From: Tubulanus polymorphus
Taxonomy: Eukaryota > Animalia > Nemertea
NCBI RefSeq assembly: GCF_964204645.1
Contig: NC_134032.1
Location: forward strand, 4,364,175-4,428,174
Length of the DNA: 64,000 nt
Reading direction: 5' to 3'
Every line of letters starts with the position of its first letter. The first letter of the stretch is position 1. Below the pieces are notes generated by a model that was not told the origin of the DNA, did not search any database, and worked only from the letters and a program-made list of their open reading frames with translations. This document shows positions 47,718 to 57,864 of this stretch, one piece after another. The position numbers and the translations under genes are program-made.

Positions 47718-48140
47718 CTAATTAGTAAACTTATAAGCAACAAATATAACAATAACAGTTCCACCTAAAATCCATATTATTTCATATTTCTGTTGTTCTT
47801 TACTTGGGGTATAATAATCTGATAATTTAGGTTTGTATAGATGTAATTTTTCTTTATTTGTTACTGCGTTATATAAACTCATTGCATCATCAACTGATTG
47901 AAAATCTCTATGTGAAATCTTCTGATCATATAATTCTTTATTGATGTAATCCATATAGTTTTGTCTCTTTTCTCTATATTCTTCTGCAGCTTTATTGTAT
48001 TTCTCTAACGCTAAGTTATGTCTTCTTTGTTCTCCTAATGAACTATTTTTATCAATATGTTTAAATAAATAACCACCACCAGTAAATGCTAAAGCGTTAA
48101 CAATTGCTGATCCTATAATAGTTATAATTGCAGAAGCCAT
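47718..48140 (-). CDS. 140-aa membrane protein
   Basis: Orthologue of 15056-15478. Confidence 0.85.
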   Translation of the reverse strand: MASAIITIIGSAIVNALAFTGGGYLFKHIDKNSSLGEQRRHNLALEKYNKAAEEYREKRQNYMDYINKELYDQKISHRDFQSVDDAMSLYNAVTNKEKLHLYKPKLSDYYTPSKEQQKYEIIWILGGTVIVIFVAYKFTN

Positions 48141-48164
48141 TTATTTAACAAAAAAATTATGCAT

Positions 48165-48386
48165 TTATATGGGAGGAATATATTTTTGTTTTTCCAAGTA
48201 ATCAATAGTTAAATTAGATAAAGTAACTGCTAATGTTAACTTTAAAATATCATTTATATCAAATCTATCAACATTAACACTTCCCATTTTGAATACTTTT
48301 TTTAATACCATTGAATAACCAACCGTTCCAACTGATAGTAATGCGCCATTATATAATCCAGTTATTATCCACTTATTATCACTCAT
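48165..48386 (-). CDS. 73-aa hydrophobic protein
   Basis: Orthologue of 14809-15030. Confidence 0.8.
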   Translation of the reverse strand: MSDNKWIITGLYNGALLSVGTVGYSMVLKKVFKMGSVNVDRFDINDILKLTLAVTLSNLTIDYLEKQKYIPPI

Positions 48387-48728
48387 TTATTTATCAAAAA
48401 AATTACTATCATCAAAATATTTAGTTAACTTATTTATGATTAATTCAACATTTATTTCATTACTAGTTTTATGATTATCATAAATTTTGGTTAATATGTT
48501 TTTAATATCATCAATAATTCCATCTTCATTTAATTCATAATATTCTAAAGGTGATTTAATTAAATCAATTACTTTTTCTATATTATAATTTTCTTTATCA
48601 ATCATTGACACATTGTTAAATGATTTACTTTTTATATCAGTAATTACGTCATTTAGTTTAATTCTCATTTCTTTACCATGTTTAAAATCAAACCCAAAAC
48701 ATATACTCGGTCCAACAGTTATATTCAT
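48387..48728 (-). CDS. Hypothetical protein, 113 aa
   Basis: Orthologue of 14461-14808. Confidence 0.75.
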   Translation of the reverse strand: MNITVGPSICFGFDFKHGKEMRIKLNDVITDIKSKSFNNVSMIDKENYNIEKVIDLIKSPLEYYELNEDGIIDDIKNILTKIYDNHKTSNEINVELIINKLTKYFDDSNFFDK

Positions 48729-48744
48729 TTATATAATGAAAAAA

Positions 48745-49506
48745 TTACTCTTTACATCTTATAACTAATTCATAAATTACAGGAAAGTTATTTAAATCAA
48801 TTAAGTATCCATTATGATTTCTAATTTCTAATCTAAAATTATTAAAACGAGGAATGCATGGTTTGAAATCACATTCTGTTAAATTATAATTTATTTGCGT
48901 TCCAAATTCTTTAACATTCTTCAATGGTAAAATGTTTAGTAAACCAGAATTACAAGTTATATCTTTAGTTGCTTCGAATGTTTTTGTAGGATCAATTAAA
49001 TTGCAATAAATATAAAAATGTGTGTAAGGTATTAAGTTTGGTGTAGTAGCGTCAATATTTGTAAAAGATCTATGTGGAAGAATTCCTAACAGTTTAGCTA
49101 TAGGTTTTTTTACCATAAGTTTATGTTTTTCACTATTAGACAACCTTATCTTTATTCTATCAGAACTCTCACTTTTTAAAAATCTAATACTAAACCCAGA
49201 ACTACTACCTAATTTGTGCCAGGCTTTTCTATTAATTTCTTGTGCTAATGTATCTAAATTATATAACCCTGGTTTTAAATATATATAGACCCATTCATTT
49301 TTATTTTTATTAAAAACTAAAAAGACTCTATGTTCAATAGACTTATCCGATACATTGTAAAAAGAATTACATAAACTTATATTTACTGATTTTAAATCTA
49401 CACAATTCTTAAATTCTCTATCTAATTGTACTAATAAATTATGTGATTTATAATTTGTAAGTTTTCTAGAATCAACAAATATTCTGTATTCTTTTAATTC
49501 TACCAT
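48745..49506 (-). CDS. Minor capsid (penton) protein
   Basis: Orthologue of 13686-14444. Confidence 0.8.
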   Translation of the reverse strand: MVELKEYRIFVDSRKLTNYKSHNLLVQLDREFKNCVDLKSVNISLCNSFYNVSDKSIEHRVFLVFNKNKNEWVYIYLKPGLYNLDTLAQEINRKAWHKLGSSSGFSIRFLKSESSDRIKIRLSNSEKHKLMVKKPIAKLLGILPHRSFTNIDATTPNLIPYTHFYIYCNLIDPTKTFEATKDITCNSGLLNILPLKNVKEFGTQINYNLTECDFKPCIPRFNNFRLEIRNHNGYLIDLNNFPVIYELVIRCKE

Positions 49507-49521
49507 TTATTTTACATATTT

Positions 49522-49863
49522 TCATTCAAAATCAATATCGTGGTGCCCTTTTTCATTCTTACCTTTGTATACGAAATAGAAATCTCCAGAACATAATTCT
49601 TCTAGATCTTCACTTGATAATCTATGAAATCTATCTGGTAAATAAGTTCTGAATTTATATTTATTTCCTTTTAATCCTTCATATTCTAAGTGTATAACTA
49701 ATTTATCTCCATATTTATTAGTAATTGTTTCAATGTTAGTAATTAAATATTTCTTGTGAATTGTTAATTCTGTTAACTTTTTGAATTTATAATCTACAGA
49801 TTTAACGCTTGAAGTATCTTTAATTCTATCTAAGAATTCACTGTGTACTTGTTTACTCTCCAT
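49522..49863 (-). CDS. 113-aa protein, possibly OB-fold
   Basis: Orthologue of 13329-13670. Confidence 0.7.
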   Translation of the reverse strand: MESKQVHSEFLDRIKDTSSVKSVDYKFKKLTELTIHKKYLITNIETITNKYGDKLVIHLEYEGLKGNKYKFRTYLPDRFHRLSSEDLEELCSGDFYFVYKGKNEKGHHDIDFE

Positions 49864-49891
49864 TTATTATACAAATTTTTATTGAAATTGA

Positions 49892-52800
49892 TTAACACGC
49901 TAGAATTCTTTTCATAATCTCATTTTCTTTTGTTTCTTCTCTTTTGAATTTTATATATTCATCTAAATTGCAACCATAGGCGACTGTGTGGATTCCATCA
50001 TCTAAAATATATCTTTTATCATCAAATGGGTTTAGACTTATCTTCTCTATCTCTTCAATATACATTTCATGATCTTCAGATCTTAAACATTTCATCTTAT
50101 GTTTTCTAACTTCTTCTTTAAATATACAATTGATGTAATCTTTGAAATGAATATTCTTTTCAACAACGCTTTTGGTTATTCCTTTTAACTTTTTAGCTTC
50201 ATGAGTTTTGGTTTTATATGAATACATTTTAGATCTAATACCAATGAACTCTATCATTTCTTCACCACCTAATTCATCCTTAAACTTCCCAGGAACTTTT
50301 TTATTATCATTGCTAAACAATTCATGATCTTTAGGATAGTTACTAAAATCAAAATGATGTTTTAATGTTTTTAAATCATCTGTTATGTTATCAGTTTTTA
50401 TCTTTAATATGTAACTGTCAGTATCAAAGTATAGAATTTCTATGTGTTTTTCTCCAAAATGAGGTTGTAGTATATTATAATAAAATTTATACATTAGGAA
50501 TTTTGAAATTTCTAGAACTGCAGCACCAACATAAATAGGTTTATTGAACTTCATTGAAGTTCTTTTCATTTTAACTGCTGCTAAATTTTCATCAAATATT
50601 CTGTTACCTATAAACTTAGGATATGATTGTAAATACCTAATTCTTTTACCATTACTGACTAACTCGATATCATTTCTATTTCTAATATTTTCACAAGTCT
50701 TACCATAGAATGCATTATTCATTAGTTTGAAGAAATCTTTTTCAAAATCAGTTTTAGATTTAGTTCTCTGTGTAGTATTAAAATCTATATATTTTTCTAA
50801 CCATTTAGATTGACTGAATGAAATATATCTATGTACTTTTTTTAATATCATTCCTTGATTCAAATAAAACTTCAACATTCTATAATGCACAACGTAATTA
50901 TATTTATCTTCTTGAGTTACCATTAACTTTTCAGTATGAATATGATTATCAGGTTTAATTCTTTTTTGATAATTTGATAATTCTTCATGAGTTACAGTTT
51001 TATGTTCGGGACAGTAAGCTAGATTTCTAGATTTGAATTTAATATTTTCAGGATATTCTAAATCTACAACGAAGAAGTAACCAATATCTGAATCATCTGC
51101 AATATCTAGAATTCTTTTCTTCCAATCAAATTTATCAATTTGTAAAACTTCAGTTATTTCAAACATCCCATAAGGTTGTGGTTCCATCATTGCCCAACCA
51201 TAAAGATTATTTGCATCTATGTATAATAATTTATATCCAGGATTATCATTTACATTGAAATATCTATCACCCAATACACCTGAAACACCTCCTCTTATAG
51301 ATTTTTCAAATAATAGTAATTGATCTATATTTGTTAACAAATCCATTTTTATATCTGTAAATTTTAATCCACAATCCCATGTTAAACCTGGTGATGAATA
51401 ACAATAACAAGGATCAATGTTAAAATATTTTAGGTTTACATCTCTAAACCTTTCGAATATATCGGTTAATAATAATACATCTGATTTTAAATATAAATCT
51501 ACTAATTGCCCATGTTTTCTATTTTGAAATGATTCCAAATATTCAATGTTCTATTATAAACTTCATCTTTAACATATTCATTTTTTAATTCATCATAAAA
51601 TTGTTCTTTTAATAATTCAGTTATTTTAAAATCATAATGATTTTTATAGAAAGAATATGGAATTGCTCCTTTATATCTCATTAATTGAAAATCATCATTA
51701 TTTGGGTAATATTCTTTTAATATCTTTAATTCGTCATCAACTAATGATTTTGATAAGTTATCTAATGAACTACTTAAAAATCTATATGAATCTATAAATC
51801 TTAAGCATCCAAATTGGAAAGATATATAATTCTCAGATGTTTTAGCTAACATTCTAAATTTATAAGTTGGTATTTTATCTTTTGATCTATTTGAATTTAA
51901 TATTTCTATTTCATTATTGATTTCTTCTATTTTATGACATAACTGTTTGATGAATAAATGCGCGTCATACCCCGATAGATTATGAAATATAACTGGTACA
52001 AAGTTAATTTTCTTAGCTTGTAAGTTACAATTCTCATGTGCAGCGCCTCTAAACTTTCCATTCAAATGATCATGATCTCTTACTTTTTTATCTTTATAAT
52101 TAAATATCTTTTCACAATAATAACATTTATCTGCAAACTCAAATTCTTCTTTATCTTCTTCTGTCATAATTATTTCTTTATTTGTATTCAATAATTTACT
52201 AAATCTTATTTCATATTCAATTAATAAGTCACAAAAATGATTGATAACATTTTCATTTCTATAATTATAATATTCACTTTCGATTAGTTCTGGATAATTA
52301 GATTTAATATATAACCCGAAAGCTGCAGCTGATTGATGAATCTTTTTAATAGTATTTGTTATTGGTGGTTCATCTGAATAATCACTTTCATTAGAATTTA
52401 ATTTCTTTCTTTTATAATATATATCTTTTCTATCTTTATCTGTTAATTCTTTATTTAATGATTCAAAATCTCCATATATTACAAATGGTACTTTATTTTT
52501 GTAATCATATTTTTTGAATTTTAATATTTTATCTTTTTCATTTGGTAAAACTAATTTACAATAATCATGATTATCACATAGTTGTTTATGATTTAATAAT
52601 GCACCTTCAGTTCTGAATTTATGTAAACATTTTCTACATAGATATATTTTATTATCAAAATCATTTTCTGATTTAAAAAATAAATCGATTTGTTTAATCC
52701 ACATGTAATGATTCTCATAATATAGTATATCTATAACATCATTTGAATCATAATCTTTTGATAGGTATAAAGGTTCTAATGTATAATGTTTAATATTATT

Positions 52801-53922
52801 TCCTTTTGTATTTGGTAATTTGATTAAATCAAATACATTTATCTTTATATTATTATCTCTTTCTATTTTTGGGATGTTTTTAATTCTAACAGGATACTTA
52901 TCTATCTTATAATTATTTTCAAATGGTTTATAATGAGTTAATCTAAAACTATGTGTAATATCTTCTGTTGGATGTAAACAACTTATTATAGCCCATAGAA
53001 AACATTTATCATCTTCATTTTGTATATTTATTACACCATTAGTTTTAAATGGTAGTTTAATATAACTTGTTCCATTTATACTATCATCTTTATAATATGA
53101 TAAATTATTTTCATCAATTGGTTTTGATTTAGTTAACTTATTATATTTTGTGTTATAAACATGTAAAGTTATAAATATTATCTCATCAAATATTAAACCA
53201 GATCCTTCAAAATATTTCTCTTCTATTTTAGTTTTTATTTCATTATAACATTTATCTAATTTATCATCTATATGTTGTTTAGATATAATATGTTGTGAAT
53301 GAGAATTTATATTATATATTGGTTTATCTTCAGATTTTATAAACTTTACTTTAACTGATATACTAATTTTTGGATATTCAACATCTGTAATTATTTTTAT
53401 TATTTCTTTCATATTTTCTAAATGTTTTTTATTTTCTTCTAATGTTTTACCTTTATGAAATTTAAACTCGATAGCTGCTGGACCAATATCACTTTTAAAT
53501 GCTTCGGTTATCTCTATATCTTTTTTATTATCTAATGAATTAATATAATTTCTTACATCTTCCATGTATGGTCTTTTATTGTTTAATTTATTTTTTATGC
53601 TTTTAATTATCTTCTGTTTCTTATCGTTATCATTATCAAAATAATCTTCACCTAAAATATCATTATTCTTATTTCTAATATGACTTATAGATTTTAAATG
53701 TTCATTATAATATCTTTTATCACTGAATGATTGATTACATGTATCACATTTATATGTTTCTTTTTCATTCTTTAATTCTTCTAATTTAGTTTCTAATATA
53801 TCATCTTCATATTCTAGTTTCAATTTATTCTCTAAATGTGTTCTAGTTTTATTGTGTCTTGCTTTTTGGGATTTATCTATATCGATATTACATGTTGGGC
53901 AGTAGTACTTATTTGCTTCCAT
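49892..53922 (-). pseudogene. polB: Protein-primed PolB with one frameshift
   Basis: All motifs present; 1-nt deletion at 51514/51515 (GAAAACAT versus GAAAATCAT in E1). Confidence 0.95.
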
Positions 53923-54409
53923 TTTAATACTATATTTTTTATTAAAATTGATTTTAGAAGTTCAATGATTTAAATGTTATTCATATATATATGAATATTT
54001 TAAGAGTAATAGGGGTTTAGTTGTTTCATATCAAAGGTTTAATGATCGAGTTCATTAATAACATATATTAAAAGTAATTAAAAAACTATAATATATTTTC
54101 ATAACCGCGTGCATTTCAGTTGAATAATATAATAATTATTATCATTTGAATATATTTGATTATTTGAATTTGTGTATTGTAATTAAATCAATTGGTCGCG
54201 GAGCGGAGCGGTAGCGAAGTGGAGCGACCAATTGATTTAATACAATATGCTTTTTATATTATTGATATCTTAGAATAAATATTTAGTTTTGATATAAAAT
54301 GCACGCGGTTATGAAAATATATTATAGTTTTTTAATTACTTTTAATATTTTGTTTTTAATGGGCTCGACCTTTCGACCGTTGGTATGAAACAACTAAACC
54401 CCTATTACT
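53834..54409. repeat. E2 TIR (hairpin 54005-54409)
   Basis: Reverse complement of 35638-36222. Confidence 0.95.
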
Positions 54410-57400
54410 AACTCTTTAAACTTCGTTCTTTAAACTTGGCCACTTTTGTTTCAGAAAACCGCGTACTAGACCAGTGGTCACCTAAAAAAAAGTTTTGAAA
54501 ATTCGATGGTAACGATTTGTCCGTCAAAAAACTGTTTCGTTAATATTTCAAGTTCTTTTTAACTCTTGTACAGAATTCACTATATGAAAAGTGTTCATAG
54601 GAATTGAAATTCGGTGTGATATCAGTCACCTGTTACCCCTTTTTCATTGTCAGTTCTTTATTGCACTATCATGCGCTCTTCTAAAATAGAAAAGAACATG
54701 TGTGTTTCGTTATAAACAAGGTTAAATTCCAAACGCACATGAAATATCACACAATATACACATCTAGCATTTTCTCTAACTAGGCCCTTTCCAAATGGCA
54801 ATTGTTTAGTTTTTTAACGGCCGACATTCAGAAGCACCTAAAAACCAGTGGTAGCGCTTGAGATTTTCAGTGTAGGTCACATCTCACATCGACTCGGCTC
54901 GCAGTCGGTTCGTTTAATGGGAACACATCTGGTTGACACTAGTTTCACAGTTGACGAAATCAGAAAACTTTTTTCAAATGCCTTTGATGACATCTTAAAC
55001 ATAGTATTCTTCTTAATTACATTTCGTTGATTCCATAGATATGTTTTTATGAAAATTGCTCCAGTTATAACGGATTCAAACATACATGTGAAATCATTAT
55101 TTTCAAAATATTCAATTTTCTCCGCTTTTGAAGAAATTCTGACACAATATCATCTCCACTCGACACATGATTTTACTTCGGCGCCTTTAAGGGAGTGTCC
55201 CTTAAAGTTGAGTTCTTACTTAGTCAAACAAGGAGATATGCCTGATTCCTTTTTAAAATTTAGATTTCGACAGATATCATCAAATTACTAGAAAGGGACA
55301 GCAGCGTTCGGTCATCCACGAAAAATACCTAAAATGCAGTCCAAGGGTTATGGAAAAACAGGACACGAAACATACAGAAAAATCCTTTGTTTGGTTGACT
55401 GAAATTATTATTGAACTCTTAAATAGCGACATTCAGAGAAAGAAAAACATAAGAATTTAATCTCGCCCACCCGTTAAAAAACATAACGTAATGATATGAG
55501 GCCATGTGTCATCTTTAATTGAAATCACATTATATTCATTCTCATGCGAGGATGGGTCTCCAAATTCATAGGATAAGGAGAATAATGGTTTGAATGATGA
55601 ATACAACTGATAAAGCGCCAATTACACTGATTCTTGCATATAAGTGCTCAAAGGCGCTTTACAGTAATCGAGTAAACAGGTGCGTTTTTAGGAGTCTTTT
55701 GAATTTGAATTCAAATCGGGTGTTCATGACGACTATAGGCGCTTTTACGAAACTGAATCTTTGTAAATCGATTTAAGTTTCACGTTTACGGCACGCGGTT
55801 TAGTGAATCCGATTTGGTAAATCAACTCGTTTATGGACGCGGTTTAGTAAATTGATTTATTAAATCGACTAACTTGCTCGGCGAGCAAGTTAGTGGCGAT
55901 TTAGTCAGTGAAATCCAACATGGCGTCCTCTTCGACCGCGGGCTAAAGACATCTATTGCAGACCATCATCTATCAATAATTCGGTCACCATTGACGCCCA
56001 TTTTCTTTCGAATCGCGACCTTTTCGACTCATTTACGAAAAACGATTCGATTTACTAATCCTTACGTTTTCCAACATCGAATCGGATTTAGCTAAACCGA
56101 ATCAGATTCAATTTCGTAAAAGCGCCTTATAATTGAGCATTCTAGGGCTGGAGCAAGAAACGTGTGGGATCGTCCGCCAAGGTATCGCTAAGGAGTCAGT
56201 CCGTGGTGGCTTTTGAAAGCGACGACCGCATATGAATGCATTGATTGAATGACATCTCAAAAGTCAGATTATATAAAATTAAACATGATATACGGATAGG
56301 TTCTTCCAATTAGGCCTATACTGGTAAAAATGAAAGGACCCAATATGTGATATAAATGTTCAATCAAAAAGTAGAAAGTGAATCCGTAATTCAGTATGGT
56401 AGGCCTATTGTTACAACATCAAACACTAAAATTCAATCCTTTGTTAAATTGGAAGCCAGTGTAGATGAGCAAGTATCGTGGTCCCTGATTTTAGTTATCG
56501 TAATAATTCAAGCCACGCGATTTTGAACTGTTCAACAAGTTGGAGTTTGTGTAAAGATGAATGAGTTTGAAATGGAGTGGACTTCAGATATTACTGTTTG
56601 CATGCCTATGTCTATTACTTAATCTTTTTACTAATCATAGAAAATTGTGGTAGAATATTTGACTCGACGGTTGGTTTTAGATTGTATCTCTCCAAGCCAG
56701 AGGTAATCACGGATATCGGACTACAAAAAAATTCCTTGTGTAAAGCTCAACTTTGTAAATTCCTGGAAAAGCTCGCCTCGGATATTTCAATAATGATTAA
56801 ACATTAATTTTCCCAACGAAAAACCTAAACAACCAATGTACGCTTGCTTTAAGTTTACCAATGCACTATCGTTGCTTTTTCTAGCTATTTGTACTGTTTG
56901 CCGCAAAAAGATTGGATCCTCTATTACAGGATTTAAGGATACAACTCAAAAACCAGTTAGTTTAAATTAACCATTATACAATATGATACATGGCCAAATA
57001 CACTGTTAATATGAAAAAGATCCAATATGTACACATTTCAAATCTCAAACCAAGTTTTATCATTAGAAAATAACGTTCGATCGTTCACTAGAGATCATCA
57101 TTTTGAATTTGTACACAGTGAATTTTCGTATCGTATTATGGTATTATCAATTCTCCGCATTTGAGTGTGACTATTCTACGAATACAAAGTTATTTTTAGC
57201 AATGAAGTTTTAATTGTCATTTTAAATGTTAACTATCCACTGGTATGTAAACTTACTAACTTTTGGCAACTGACCTCAAATCGTGGAATGGGCTCAGGTA
57301 GCCTGCTGATCCACTCTTTATTAATACTACTAAAGAAATATTCAGTATAAGAAGTAAAAAGTATATTAAAGTACTATTTATCTTTATATCGCAATAATTT

Positions 57401-57864
57401 GTGTACGTATGATTGAAAAACGATATTATATGGAGTCTCGTGTTACGTACTTATGATTATTGTGTATAAGATCAATAATTAGCAACCTTCCACGGATACG
57501 AAGCGGCCTAAGTTTACATCCTACCATAATTTTCTCTAAACTCTCAGCATTATATCAAGATCGGTCTTAGAAAATATATGAAGGACGTGTTCGCAGGTTA
57601 ACGAGGCCAAAAATCTTCCTCAAAATTTCAAATTTTTACGAGCAAAGATAATATACTTCATATGCTTTTGGTGCAGAAATAATGGATGTCCACAAATTGC
57701 AAATTGTGTTTTCAAAGTAAGTTTTCAATCGCTAATAGCCGAAAGTCGTTGATTTATGTGAAATTTACACACAGCGCCACCCGTTGGTAGTAAAAGTCAC
57801 CCGAGCAATACGGGTGTTAAATAGATACGCTAGCAAATCGGCATTCTAATAATGTCGACGGGTA

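Larger units (their letters stand above)
35638..54409 (-). mobile_element. Polinton/Maverick (adintovirus-like) endogenous virus E2, 18772 bp
   Basis: AGT...ACT termini, ~580-bp TIRs, 6-bp TSD AACTCT (35632-35637, 54410-54415); gene order collinear with E1 but inverted. Confidence 0.97.
34522..57854 (-). repeat. Inverted duplicate (copy B) of the 27641-34489 unit, interrupted by E2 and carrying internal deletions
   Basis: 34522-35633 mirrors 34490-33024; ~54423-57720 mirrors ~32983-29657; ~57730-57854 mirrors ~27986-27862. Confidence 0.9.

Noticed and set aside
51500-51540. Programmed ribosomal frameshift in pPolB
   Set aside because: There is no canonical slippery heptamer, and the other element is in frame at each break point.
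8780-54409. E1 and E2 as two arms of one inverted duplication or an assembly artefact
   Set aside because: They have different TSDs, flanks, terminal blocks and non-homologous modules.
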